Below, one piece after another: positions 25,101 through 37,944 of a stretch of 64,000 bases of DNA. Under the pieces are notes generated by a model. The model ran no database searches. It was given only the letters and a program-made list of their open reading frames with translations, and was not told where the DNA came from. Positions within the stretch are counted from its first letter, which is position 1. Every line of letters begins with the position of its first letter. Source of the stretch: Amoebophrya sp. A120 (lineage: Eukaryota > Protista > Dinoflagellata); the NCBI GenBank assembly GCA_905178155.1, contig CAJINV010000003.1, positions 5,401,700-5,465,699 on the forward strand, in the 5' to 3' direction. The position numbers were made by a program, and so were the translations under genes.

Positions 25101-25826
25101 TACTTCCGAAATCCCCCATGCGGAGTGAGTGGTCGTCGGTGAGGAAGAAGTTCGAACTCTTCACATCCCGGTGCAGAATATGTTTTTTTGCGTGCAGGTA
25201 GTGCAGGGCGAGAAGGATCTGTGTGAGCCACGAGACGACTTGTTTTTCGGAGAACCGCCGCCGGCGCTCCGCCTGCCGCCGGATATGCCTTCCGAGATCA
25301 CCGCGGGGGCAGTAGTCCATGGCGAGTAAAAACCAACCGTGCGAGAGATGGCTGCCGTGGTACTTGCAAACATACGGGTGCGACAAAGAGGCCAACAGCC
25401 GCCCTTTATTTTCGTTGTTGAAGAAAACATTTTTGAAGATCAATACTGCGTCGCGAACGTGATCGCCTGGACCAGCTTGCTGGTATTAAATAAGTGTGTG
25501 CACTACAACTAGAACCTTACTTTCAGGCGGACTTACGGGGGAGAGGATTGATCACGTTGTTGTATGATCTCGTCGCTGTGAAGTTCTCCACCTTCATGCA
25601 TTTTGATTTTCATATTCTTTTCCCGCATCAGCAATAAATTTCAACTACCTTCTTCCAGTGTCTTCTGTCTTTCTTTGGTGCTCATGTGACTGACGTCAAT
25701 CATTTTGCACACCACTTCCTGCAGGTCTCGATTGCACAAAAAGACCGCACCAAAGGAGCCCTTCCCTATCTTCCGCAACGGCGTATACCCCTGCCGGCGC
25801 ATGTAGAGTTCGACGGGCTCCGACAT
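22157..25826 (-). CDS. NEK (NIMA-related) Ser/Thr kinase with a C-terminal Tudor/Agenet-like domain, multi-exon
   Basis: IGKGSFG, VCKMID, HRDVKSSN, DFG|ISK, GTPYYISPEI|CENKEYSFSADIWSLG; GT-AG introns 25404-25648 and 24758-25103 plus two introners; middle exon junctions partly unresolved. Confidence 0.88.
22371..22547. mobile_element. Introner family B
   Basis: TSD AACCG/TACCG (1 mismatch); spliced DAKPG|(T/S)WLEAE. Confidence 0.85.
24374..24680. mobile_element. Introner family I, just after the kinase SPE motif
   Basis: TSD GATCT at 24369-73 and 24681-85; spliced SPEI|CENK. Confidence 0.92.
24758..25103 (-). other. Canonical GT-AG intron in the NEK gene (a second lies at 25404-25648)
   Basis: GGA A|GTAAGT ... 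CACCAG|TT TCG gives DFGISK. Confidence 0.85.
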
Positions 25827-27422
25827 CTTGATCTGTTTAATTCACGCTGTGTAGTGGTAGTTACTATCGTGTTTCTACTTCGGTTCTTGTATCTGTATCT
25901 ATGGTAAACTGAATACGTGTAAATATTCTCTCGGCGGGTACGAAAAAAAGTCCTCTGGGTTCTCCTCTCTCGGAGGTGTAGTTTGTGCGTCGCGTGATCT
26001 AATCGATCCTTTTCGTCATGTCCTAAAGCTCCTTGTTCGGCGTTTCCTTCCCGTTCCTTGGTCGTCAAGAACATCGCTTAATAGTGCCCCTGGCAACTTC
26101 CTTGAACTACTGACCGTGAGGAGGAAGTGTGCGTCTCTCACCGCTGGTACAACAGTGTGCAACTTCTCGAATAAAGACGTGGAAGCAGGGTAAGTTCGGG
26201 TGCGCAAAAAAAAACCTGTCGTCGAATGCATGCAGGCGCACGTGCGGATGAGTCAGTCAAAGGAGACAAGAGTCTTTTCCTGAGGAAATTTGTCATGCAT
26301 TTGAGGACCTCAAATTTTCTTTTTGTCTGCGCGCTAGGCGTAGGCGCTAGACCGAAAAGTAGGCGAAACTACATACAACATTGGTAAGCGGTTTTCTCTA
26401 CCACGAGTGCTTACACTAGTTGTAGGGTAGATTTACTTGTACCTGGTTAGAGTTCATGGACCAACGTTCTTGGTCAACACATCTGTGATCGTGACGAGGG
26501 AGACGAAAACACTCATCCTCGATAGCGAAGCACCGGAAACACGGGGAATATGCAGCTTTAGCCAGAATTGAATCTAGAAACACCAGAATAGTAAAAGCGT
26601 CCGTGTAAGTATGCAAAAGAAACGTGTAATGATGGCATGAAGGGGAAAGCGAAAGGGCGACAGGATAAGCACTGGCACTCCAGAACCAGATAGACACTGT
26701 CCCGCCGAATGAACGCGCGTGCCAGCAGCTGCATTGTTTACACCCTATTGCTTTCATAGTTCATTATATAGAAAAAAAAACATAAACAAGGGCACATTTG
26801 ATATTTTCAAACATGATGAAGGGATACAGTTTTCTGTGCCTCGACATAATTAAACATTTGAAAATGTGCTACAACACTTCACACGCACATTTTATTTCAT
26901 GTGTTGCTGTCGACGTCGCCGTAAAGCTCTTCAGTAACATCATGTAGAGTATTTTTAAGGTGCGGCCCATGGTTCGATTTCTTGCGATCTCGAGCTGCAC
27001 ATCTGAGCTCCTGACATCCGCGCTTTTAGTTTTGTTCCGGTCTTTGCGAAGTGGTCTTTATCTTCTCTAACTGCTTGAGATAAAAGATCAATTTCGCCAC
27101 ATTCCACACAAAACCAGCTCCGGCTCGTCGTCTTCGGTACGGAGAGACTCACGCCACACTATGCATTGCAAAGATGTCCAGGTCTGGATGATCTGGAAAG
27201 CCGCAAGCGGAAGCGGAACTCGAACATCTGCCTCACCTGCTCAGCTTGCATCACTCGTTGCTCCTGTAAAATCATCTCTATTGCATGACTGCAAAGATGA
27301 GCGAAGCTTTTATTACATGGATGCAGTGTGTACTAAAAATCATGCCTACACCTACAACTACATACGACGCAGAAGTCGGTGATAAACATAACTTGTCATG
27401 CATATTCCCCAAGGACTGCCTT

Positions 27423-30400
27423 TCAAGCAGACCCGGATCGGTTGCATATGCATTTGCTACACACAATGGAAAAGCCAAACTTCTCGAAGTACGGCGCCGT
27501 GGTGGAGTCCGTTTCCAGGTAGCATCCCACGTTGTCACGGTCCGCAAAACCAAAGACGACGCTCAACAGTTGCCGCGCCGCGCCCTGCCCCCGCGCCCAA
27601 CCAGCCGTCGCGAGGGTTTGTATGTACCAGTGCGGCTTCAGCTGGGAGCGATCGTGGTCTGCGAGGATCTGGCCGAGCAGCATGTCGCGCCTCATCAGCT
27701 CCGGGGTCAGCCGCGGAAACGGTAGCCCCGCCGCCGCCATACCGTAGTAATATTCCGGGCTCCCGATCTTCGTGTACGTCTTAGGAGGCAAGCAGTACAG
27801 CACGGCTGCAAGCCGTTCGGTCGGCGCAGAAATGCTCCTGGGCGGCGTGTCGTGGAAGATCTTTGATGTTCCACCGCGTTGATGTTCAACACCACCCTGG
27901 GGCCACTCACGACCGGCATCAACATGAAGATCTGCTCCTCTACTACTACAACTTCCACTTGCCGTGGTCGTAGTCGAACTGTTGAAAAAATGCAGCTCCA
28001 ACAAGCGGCCGTACGCGGCAGCGACATGATAGCCGATCTTTTGTTGGTAGTAGAACAGTTGTTGCACCTTCTCGACGAGTGGCGTCGTAACCACGGAAGA
28101 ACGACGGCTGACGCGGCCACCGGGCGAGGACGACGCAATGGAGGAAAAAACGGACGATCTGCGGCGTCGGCGTTCCTGGGGACTCTGTGGCGTTTCCCTT
28201 TTATTTCCTTTCCCGTGGCCATCGACCGACGCGTGTACGACTGCTGTCGCCTGTTGCTCGACCTCGTCCCTCTCTGGTTCGTGGTCCTCCATGTTGACTT
28301 TTACCACGCCGGGCGTATCAAATGCAATAATGTCTGGGTCTGGAAGGTTCTTGTTGTCTTGCAGGTGTGGGGGCATGGCCCAGAATGTCTGGCATGCAAG
28401 GGCTGGCATCTTCACAGGTTCTGCAAGAGCTTCACGATGTTGCCTACGTACTCTGCATGAGAAATCCGCTCTCAGTGTGGCCACAAATGGACAGCTTTTC
28501 CTTTTGCGATCCTTTTGCGTACCTATATGCATGACAGAGTTTTGATGTGCGACTGGCAGACAGCATCACAAATCTGCAGCTTATTTCCAGAGCCAGACAT
28601 ATCATTGCAATGCATAGGGCGGTACGTGGTACGATTTCGACGAGGCCGCAGGCTGGTCGCTGTAGTCATTCAGATTGTTGTGACGCGACGGTAGTTCGTC
28701 TTTTCGTACTGTTAACCGCTCCGCAGATGTTGTAGTCGCGCTAGTATCACGACTGCGGGTGACTTGTTGTGCAGCTCCTGCACAGCTATCGCAGTTTCGC
28801 TCCCAGGCAAGCCAATCCAGGAGTGGGGAGCCTTCATAATCTGCGCCCTCTATGGGCCAGAAGGCATCCAACACGAGCTGCGTAGCGGTTTCAGGTGAGA
28901 TGGACCTGTCTCGAATCTTCATCTGGATCGGTCGAACCGAGCGGGACGTCGACACAGCTTGGTTTGATGTACGCTCTCCACCGCTATTCAACATGTGGGT
29001 CGTTTGATACAGCAGTGCAGCACTCTCACTGGTTGTGGTTCCAGTAGTAGAGCCTCCGAGTAGTAGCCGTGGTGACATCGGCCCCGAAGTAGAACTCATC
29101 TTCATCGTAGTACCGCTATGATCTAAGTTCACACTCTCTGCAGCTGGTCCTGGTGGCACATCCGAGGACGGTCTCTCAACATCAACATCCTCGTAGGAAC
29201 TAGTAGTGGCAAAAGAACATCCGACGTTTGCATACGGCAGTTCCAGTAGTTTATTTGGTGCAGCTGGAACAAGGTTGATCGTTCCCGCGTCTGCGGCGCG
29301 CTTGCGCGCTAGCTGGAGCAACCTGTCGCTGCTGCGCACAATGCGGTCCACTAGTTCTTTCATGTGCAGCACGTCCTGAGACACGCACAAGCGCAAAAAC
29401 TCGTTCCGGTCCAGGTCCAGCACGAACGCCGCGTCGTCTACCGTGCCCACCGCGAAGCGACGGCTGATTTCTAGCTCGTCTTCGGGCAATAGGGGTGGCT
29501 GGTCCGGCAGCTGCAAGTCGCGCAGGAACGCAAGGAAGGCGACGGCCGAGATGGCGCTGGCGAGCGTGGTGGGTAGCGCGAACTGCCACACGTTGAAGTC
29601 GTACTTGTCAAGCGGACTTCCGTAGTCGGCAAACACCACGTATTTCAACACTTTTGGCATGATGGTGGTGCACAGGAAGTTCATGGCAACTATGCACGGC
29701 ACTGCGGCCGCGCCCAGCAGCGTCAGGAAGGAGCCGGACACGACCCCAACGCGGTTTGCGGGGGTGTAGTACAAAATGTACCGCATCAAGATCGTGGTCA
29801 GACTGATCTGCAGCAGGTTCACCGCCCGCACCACGACCCGCTGCGCGTCCCAATGCGCGACGGAGCAGAGACCCGCGATCAACAGCAGGCTCACGACCGT
29901 GAGGTAAATCATGGACTCCAGTCCGTGTTTGAAATCTAGCACGACGCCAACCACCGGACTAGCAACCAACCCGATGACCGCCAGGTTCGTCACGATGAAG
30001 GAGCCGAGGTGCGGGTCCTGGTGCTGCGCCGGAAAGTTGAACAGGGCCGCCGCGTAGGGTTGCGGCATGCTGATGTACACGAAACTCCCAATGTTCCCCA
30101 GCAAGGTCGCAAACAGCAGTTGCCGGTGGCGCGGCCAGTACTGTGGGCGGGTGAGCAGTTCCCAGGCTTGCTTCGTGGAGGTCCACAGTTTCAGGAACGA
30201 CACCCGGGGCCGGGCAATCGGCATGCCCAGCGCACGCTCCGCTTCCGCGTAGTACTCTCTCTGGCTGGGCACCACCAGGCCCAGCAGCAGCGCGGACACG
30301 CCCACTGGGAGGCTGTACCCCAGGAGTGCGTGGGGGAAACTGATGCCGTACGTTGTCATCACCGAATCCTGCAAAAACACCGGGAGAAACGCCGCGATAT

Positions 30401-32016
30401 AGCTGCAACTGTTGCTCAGGGACAGGAGTAAACCGTTGTAGCCCGGCACGTGGAAGAGGAAGCCGAACAGGCCGTAGTTGTTGATCCACGATCCAAAGTC
30501 GGTGAGTAATAGTCCCATGGGAAACAGGATAAAATCCATCCACGCACCCTCCGCGGTGTCGTCGCGAAAGAACATGACGAGGGACAGTACGAGCAGCCCA
30601 CAGACCAGCAGCAACGCGCCCAACACCGCGGTTGCCCGCCCGCCGATCGTGTCGAAGCAGATACCCGCTGGCAGCAGCGCAGTCACGGCGACGCACTGGA
30701 GCACGCTGAAGGTAGTCGCTAGAGCCAGAAACTGCCCGTCACAGGTTCTTTCATCGTCCGACCCTGAGGAAGGTGAGTTGTCCTCGCCCGGCAAGACCAC
30801 CTGCGGGGACAGGGGAATAGCGAGAGGTCTTAGGGTCGGATGGAGTTCGTCCTCACCCCTCTCGACCCTGACTTCTTCCGCTACCAAATATAGCCGCCGG
30901 GGCGGGGGTAGTGAGGTCGTAGGCGTTTTTTTGCCGACCGCCGCCTTGGCCGCGGCTTTGCTTTTTATGGGCTCGCCATACCACCGCGCGTAACGTTATG
31001 CCGCACGGTATGGCGCCCACTTGGGAAACGTCGCAAATTTTGGCACATTTCCAAAATTCCTTTCCGAAAGCCAGCCCCGATGCTATGGGGCCGATCCGGG
31101 TGCCACGGGGGGCGCCCAAAAAGCGAAGAAAAACCGGGCCCATAGCATGCGGATTGGCTTTGCGCGTCTGGGGCGCTTTTTATTTTTCGCGTTTTTATTT
31201 TTCACGCCGGCGCTTTTTGCAAAGCTTCCCAGGCTCTAAAACCGGCGAAAAGGCGGCCGCTTTCGCGACCGCCCAAAATGCTCCGAAATCGCGGCCGTGC
31301 CATGCTGTTTCGCTGTTCTGATTTTGGGCGCGTTTTTTGCGCGCCCCTTTTTGGGCGCCCCAAATCGCCAGAAACCAAGGCGGCGGGCGCCTCAGAAGGG
31401 CGCCCCTTTTGCCGGCTCCCCTGCGTCGTTTTATCAAGTGTGAATCGATAGTTTTCGTTCGGGCTTGTTTGTTTTCAAAGCTCCGGCCGCTTGATAATTG
31501 AAAATCTTTTTTTTTAAAAAACTCTTCCGTCCGCTTGAAAACTGCCGGTCGTTTTTCAGGGGAGATGGCAAAAAAACTCCCCGGTTAGAACCGTTCGGTG
31601 ACCTCACTACATACAATCTTTCCATCGTGTAGAGTCAGCTCCGTGTGGGTAATCGGGAAGTTGCACACGCTACGATACACACCAGCCTCGGCAAATTTTT
31701 GCGTGAACAGTGCCTGCCCAGGAATCAGACCGCCACAAAGAACGCTACAAACCCAAGCAACCAACAGCCGAATCCAGGAGGCACAGGACGGCGAGGGAGG
31801 AGGCGCAGCGGAGGATTTTGATTTGACGATGCTGGAGGACGAGCTCGCCTTGATAAGATCCGAAGGAACAGATCCGCCATCCGCGGGCTGCTGCACCAGG
31901 CTCGCTTTTACGGTAGCAGAGCTGTCAGGCAAATCGTGGCCCAACAGTGGCCTTTCTAAGCCCGCCCCAGTTCCTTTCATGCTCAACTGCCCATGCTTTT
32001 GATTGAGATGAACCAA
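27423..32016 (-). CDS. MFS amino-acid transporter (SLC43/ApiAT-like) fused to a C-terminal GNAT acetyltransferase
   Basis: Exon 1 TM1 (VLCGGLIPG...GVYRSVC); multi-TM ORF 28602-30887; in-frame join VPP|GVVKV across 28316-28616 to a GNAT domain (HWYIQTLAT..ARGQGAA..CYLETDS..YFEKFGF). Confidence 0.7.
28316..28616. mobile_element. Introner family C (TIR TATCAAATG.AAAAATGTCTGGGTCTGGAAG)
   Basis: TSD GGGCG at 28311-15 and 28617-21. Confidence 0.9.
30889..31613. mobile_element. 725-bp degenerate TIR intron
   Basis: TAT..GTAGTGAGGTC / GACCTCACTACATA; TSD decayed; removal plus 5 nt gives DGKI|VAEEV in frame. Confidence 0.6.
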
Positions 32017-32683
32017 TGTGAATTCTGGATCTGTATGCTCTTGTTACGCTCACAAGTAAGAAAGATAATTTGCGTTTCAGAGTGCTGGTGACTACTTCCT
32101 TACTTTCGGGAACTTGTTTTTCTTGGCAACAATGACACTTGCACACTGTCGTGACTACATGTGCTGTACCCCGCCCCTGCCACGGAGTCTTACTCTTAGA
32201 GACGCAGACGTAGTTGTCACGAAAGCATTAGGATATAGACATTCACTGAAAAGAAAAACTTAGAGTATTCAGAATACGAAGACATGGTTATCGTCATTGG
32301 TGACATCGGCATAATTATAGGGGACGGTGTGTATTGCTGGAAGTGGATGCTTATCAGTGTGTGTGTGTGTGTGTGAAGACAATACTTATTGCATAGTATC
32401 GCTCGAGAACGAGCTCGTCATCGACTTTTGCCTTGTTTTGCTCTTTATCATCACGTGCTTCAGCCTTCTTACGGTGCAAACCGACACCCATCACTCAGTC
32501 GTATTTGTCTCTTGTCGTCGTGGTGCATGATCGCTCGTCCTGAAAGCTCGAATCATCACGCAGTCGAGGTAAGTCATGTGGTCTTGTCTCGAGATGTTTA
32601 TTACGCACCGCTCGAAGTCAGTTTTCTACTCATCTACTTGCAACCTGGGAGTCCGACTCCCATATGTGCAGTCTTTTTCAGTT

Positions 32684-35600
32684 TTATGTGCCACAACTCA
32701 TACTAGAGTGGACGTGGATCTCGTGCTTGACCATGCAAAAAAAAATCGTGCCTCCTGGTGCAGTCGATGAAGTGAACAAAATCGCAAAATCATGCGACAA
32801 AGGCTCAACATTGCACTTTGAAAAAAAGGTAAAGATGAGAACAGATTTTTTCCCAACGATTTTTTTTTCCATTGTGCTCGACAATTTGGGTTTCATCTCA
32901 GTCTTTAAAAAGCGTCCGGCGATGGCTCGGCCAGCGCGCTTCTGCAAAATGTTCATCCGCGTACTATTGAGACTTTTGAGCGGATCGACGGACTGCAGGT
33001 GGTTGGCGATCAGCTGACACCCATCGGCCAAGTCAAGGCGTACTTCAACCTTCGTAACTTCTGAGCAAAGGCAGTCGGAGCACCGCTGAGTTTCCGTGGT
33101 GACCAGGTCGCGCATTTCCGCCGCCAGCAGTTTCAGGTCACCCAGCCTGTTGTGGGCCTCCGGATCCGGAAGGATGGTCAATTCCACGCCCTTATCCAGT
33201 GCAAATAAATGTATCGGTCTCGACGAACACTTCTACAACACTATTCTTCTCTATGCAGCTTTTGCATGTCCGCAACAAGGTCTCCTGAGATGCAGCCGTC
33301 TAGCTGCGTCACAGGTTTGGAGAAGGTTTCTCTATGCCTATCCCGGATATGACAGATTCCTCCTTTTGGTGACAGAAAAGGGGCTGCATCGAGGCGTCTT
33401 TTGATTGCTGTGTTCTTATGCATGAACAAGGCTTTCGCATTTTCTTGTGGCACCTATCTAAAAAAATGCTCATCACCAGCTTGCATCGTTCCAGCCCAGA
33501 CCACATGTACTTCTTGCTTTTGATAGGCCACACGATTCGATCCGATGGGCGGCACAAAATGCACCGATATCTGTCCGATCTCTATTCCTGGGTGCGCGTG
33601 CCCAAGTAATGATCGCAATCGATCCTCGAGCTCGGCCACAGAAGCTGCAGGAGGAGGCGAAGTTGCAGTTGCTGTCGGTGTTTCTGTACCAGCAGCTGAT
33701 AACGAAGATGGTACCGCTGCACCAACAGTAGTTCTCCGACTTCCCGCATCGGGCGGCCGATCGTCGTGTCCCCGCTCCTGCGGCATCGCTTGTTCGCCAA
33801 CCAAGTAGTTGCTACCTCCTTCAACTAGTGGAGAGGAGGACGATGCTGGTCCTCGTCCCACCTCCTCGCAATTGTCGAACGCCTGGCTCTTGTATCCTTG
33901 GTGATCAAGGAGCTCCATGGAGGTCGTGCGCGGACTCGCGGACCCCTCTCCCATCTTGCTCCTCGTCCTGCCGTCCCCCCCGGCGTGGTGTTGAAAGAGC
34001 TGGTAGTCACAATCCACGTCGACCACCTCGGGAATTTCCTGCTGCACACGTGTGCGCACCAGGTGCGCTACCTGCTGGAAGCCGCTCAACGTGAGACGAT
34101 CGCTCACCGTAAGGGTGACGTCCACAAACAACTTATCCTGAGGAAAAACGTACCCACACCAGAGTTGTAATGCAGATTTGCAAAGACAGGAAGACTTGTA
34201 ATGCGCATCCGCATGAGAACCATTTTCAATCGTGTTTTGGAATTTGTAATGCTGTAAACAGGATGAGCAGATGGATTTCTGATGCAGCTGGCCTTGCGAA
34301 CCTGCATTACACTACGGACTGCAACTTGTGATGCGTGACTCACAAAGCTCCTAGGTTTGTATTGGAAAATCCCCATCCTGACTCTGGTGTGGGTACGTTT
34401 TTACTCAGGATACAACTTGCTGCCCGCTTTGCGGACCTTCAGGTCGTCGCCGACACCGAGGACGTCTTTCGAGGCGGCCTTCTATCCTGAGTGAAAACGT
34501 CCCCACCCCAGATTTGTAATGCTAAAAGGAATTGCAGCACACTTTGCCGCCCCAGAGTTCTTGTAATGCAGATTTGCAAAGACAGGAAGACTTGTAATGC
34601 GAATCCCCACGAAGGCCATTTCCAATCGTGTTTTGGATTTTGTGATGCTGCAAATAGGATGTGGAGCTGGCTTTGTGATGCGGCTGTCCTTGCAAAACTG
34701 CACTACAATACAGAGGGTAACTTGTCATGCGTGACTCCCAAAATTTCCGGGTTTGTGTTGCAGATTTCCCATCTTGACTATGGGGTGGCGACATTTTTCC
34801 TCACAATACCTTCGCCAGCGCTGTCAGTTTTGCGCGCAGCTCGTCCGACAGGGCGTTTCGGTCGGCAAGGGCGTACACGGCCTCCTCGAGCAACTCTGCG
34901 CCCTGGCGCAAAACCATACCAGCGACCAGCACCCCGCCCAACGGGTCGCACAACGGGTAGTCGAACCAGGCCCCGGCGATGCCGAACCCGGCCACCACCG
35001 AGCTCAAGGCGTCGCTGCGATGGTGCCAAGCGTTCGCAATCAACACGGGCGACGAAAATTGCTCGCCGATGCGAAGGGTTCGCCGATACAGCATCTCTTT
35101 CGCGAGAAAGGACAACAAAATCGCGACCATGGCAAGCGGTGCGTTCTCCGGGGCGAGCGAACACGGTAGGTCCGTTTGCAGATGCTCGGCTGCCGTCTCG
35201 GCCACTGCATTGATTTCCGTCGTTGTACCAGTTGTACTACTGCCCATCAATACGGTCTTTGTAGTTGTTCCAAGCGAGGACATTTGTTGCTGATGCGCGA
35301 GCAAGTCACGGAGTGCCTCCCACCCGATGCCAATGCCCGCTGCGCAAATGCCCGCGGACACGCCCAGAGTACCGATGTGCTCGTATCGCATGTAGCCGTA
35401 CGGGTGCGCCGCATCAGCCGGGCGCTGCACCAAGCGAATCGTCAGTAGCGTCGCGCCATCCGTGACCAGGTCGGAAAGGGAATGCGCGGCATCGGCTATC
35501 AATGTGAAAAATGCCCCCACCCTCGAACTTGGGAGCATTTGTATTGCAAACCTTTCCAAATGAAGCACTCGCCCTCTTGCATCTATCAGCATCACAGATT

Positions 35601-37390
35601 TCCGATCGTGAATAGCAAAAATTTGTATTGCAAAAGATCCCAGCAAGAGCGGCGCTTGTCATGCAAGCAATGCTATATACGCCGAGACTCTGCATCACAA
35701 AGATTCATATTTCCTTCATGCATGACAAAAGCCTTTCATTTGGAAACTTCGCATCACAAATTATTGCAACATTGGGGGTGGGGGCATTTTTCACTGTAGT
35801 ATCGGCCATTAGGGACGAAGAGTGTGTCATCGCCCCCAGAAGGGCGTATCAAATGTAAAAATGTCTGGGTCTGGAAGAATTGGAACTTGTCATGCGAATT
35901 CTGGAATACGCAAAAATTTGCATTGCATAAAGACCAAAAGCTTCCCATTTCTTGCTACGCAAATACGAAACTTGTCATGCGGGATAGACATCAGGAGGCC
36001 TGCGCAAAATCTGTAATGCTTTTGCGTGCATCAGAGACCAGTTGCGCGATCCAGAAGATGCATGACAAACTCCCGCAATCTTCCTCCAGACCCAGACACT
36101 TTTACATTTGATACGCCCTTCAGGCAGGCCAAACCCAAATTGCAGCCGGCTCCGAGAAAGGTGATGCGCTCCATTGCGTCCGACCCGTTGCTGTTTGTTT
36201 TCTTCATTTTCCCAGGCTCCTCCTCACTTCCGCCCGGCTTCTTGTGGTGGATCGAGGTTGAGGAGGACGAGGAACTACGTTCGGAGCTGTAATTCCGCGT
36301 CACATCGCGGCGCTGGCTTGATGTTCTCGACGGGCGGGTCGAGCTGGATGAGCCCTCCGAGCTGCTGGCGCTTGTTGGCCGCGATCGGAGCAAGAGGCTC
36401 AACCTGCGGAGCCCTTGGCAAGGTTCGACGTCGCCGCAACGTTCTTTGCGTGCGACATCAGCTGCTGCTGCCTCAGTTTCAAAGGAAACACGGCTCCGTG
36501 GAGGGGTCGTCCCAATCGCCCTCGTAGCTGCAAGTAACGCTGTGCTCGTTCTTGCGTTCTTGTTGTCTTGTTCGCTGTGTCCACCCTTGTCAGTACTGTA
36601 TTTCGACAGAGAACTCGGTCTTTTTTGATGTCGGCGCAATACCCCGACATCTTGGAGAACTTGAACTACACCATGCAACCTTCTCGATCCGTGCGTTGGT
36701 TGTATATTGACTACGTCAAGGCTCCTTGCCTTCCGTCCTGTGGTCCTCTGTCTTATTTTTCGAGGTAGCAGCTGACAACTCGACGCACTTGTTCTTCCAG
36801 AGCTGGGCACCGATGCTTGCGCACTGCTGGTCTTCGCCGTGTGAATGCTGTTTGTCCGACGTCGTGCATTCAGGAAATGTACTATCCGGACGCGCTCCTT
36901 ACCGAAGCTCGCTATTCCGCCAGGCGTGGTCGTAGTTGTATCTAGCAAGTAAACAGCTTGACGTCGTGCTATTGAAGTAGTCCTTGCTCCCCGAGACCTC
37001 CACGAAGGGTGGTTGCAATCTATGGTCGGCTTTCGACAGCCCAATTGAATATCAAATGCAAAAATGTCTGGGTCTGGAAGACTGCCAGGATTGTAATGCA
37101 TATTTTGAATGATCCATGATGTCTGTGATGCATGCCCTAGCATCACATATTTTTAGAGGACTTTGCGATGCCTCTACCGCATGAGAAATGCCCTTTCCGC
37201 GTAGCACAAACTGGAGTCCCCTTGCTGGTCATGCAATACAAATTTTTTTAGAATCCAGAGACAGCGTCACAGGTTTAGAATCTTCCAGACCCAGACATTT
37301 TTGCAATCCATATTGAAGATGATGATACAACAACCGCGTCTTCCAGTTCCTGTGAACCCCGAACATGTCGCTGACTTGCTGAGTCTTCAT
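32684..37390 (-). CDS. Cation diffusion facilitator (FieF/MMT-like metal transporter), probably mitochondrial; 5 introners; last exon tentative
   Basis: Spliced LKGVLGAMTHSSSLMADAAHSLSD, HPYGYMRYE, ANAWHHRSD, VRKAGSKLFVDV; long basic Ser/Arg-rich N-terminus. Confidence 0.88.
34134..34412. mobile_element. Introner family A
   Basis: TSD CAACT; spliced GSKL|FVDV. Confidence 0.92.
34483..34808. mobile_element. Introner family A variant
   Basis: TSD CCTTC; spliced ALAK|AASKD. Confidence 0.88.
35497..35801. mobile_element. Introner family D (TIR core GTGAAAAATGCCCCCACCC)
   Basis: TSD TCGGC; spliced LMAD|AAHSLSD. Confidence 0.9.
35847..36113. mobile_element. Introner family C with inverted rather than direct flanks
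   Basis: Flanks GAAGGGCG / CGCCCTTC; removal plus 5 nt gives LKG|VLGAMTH. Confidence 0.85.
37050..37312. mobile_element. Introner family C
   Basis: TSD TTGAA; spliced HHLQ|LGCRK. Confidence 0.9.
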
Positions 37391-37602
37391 TTAGTAGAAT
37401 CAGACAGTTTAGCTTCATGATCATGATCTTTCCGTTCAATACAAGCACTTCCCATGTTTACTGAGAAGCTGTTCATGCACAGTAGTTCTAGTTGCCCTAA
37501 ACGCTACGTAATAGAAGAAGTTTCGGGACAGGAGCACTCTTCATATGGCCGCAAGGCTACAGGGAAAGATGAAAAACCGATGCGATGAAAAAGAAAATGA
37601 TT

Positions 37603-37944
37603 TCATCGGGCGGGGGCGGGCGGTTCATAATTATAAACAAAATGTTCCCTCGGGTTACCGGGACCCGGATGTGATCGCTCGATTGGTTCTATCGGGATGC
37701 CGAACAAGAAGAGTATCGGGATGCCTTCGCCCAGCTTGCCGACGTTTGCTTGACCAAGTAGCGCGTTGTTTGACCAGGCACGTTGCTTCTCCGCCTCTAC
37801 TTCGGTCAAAGTCAGAAGTTGGACTATGTTGATCAAATAAGGCCACAAGAGCTTGTGTCGACGCAGAATGCTGGCGTATTGATTCCTGTCTTTTTCTTCA
37901 ATCCCAAAGTTTCTGGCTGTTTCAATAGGCTGCGAGGCAGTCAA
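37603..37944 (-). CDS. Probable last exon of a hypothetical multi-exon gene
   Basis: Protein-like 113-aa frame co-oriented with its neighbours; no recognisable motif. Confidence 0.3.
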   Translation of the reverse strand: MTASQPIETARNFGIEEKDRNQYASILRRHKLLWPYLINIVQLLTLTEVEAEKQRAWSNNALLGQANVGKLGEGIPILFLFGIPIEPIERSHPGPGNPREHFVYNYEPPAPAR

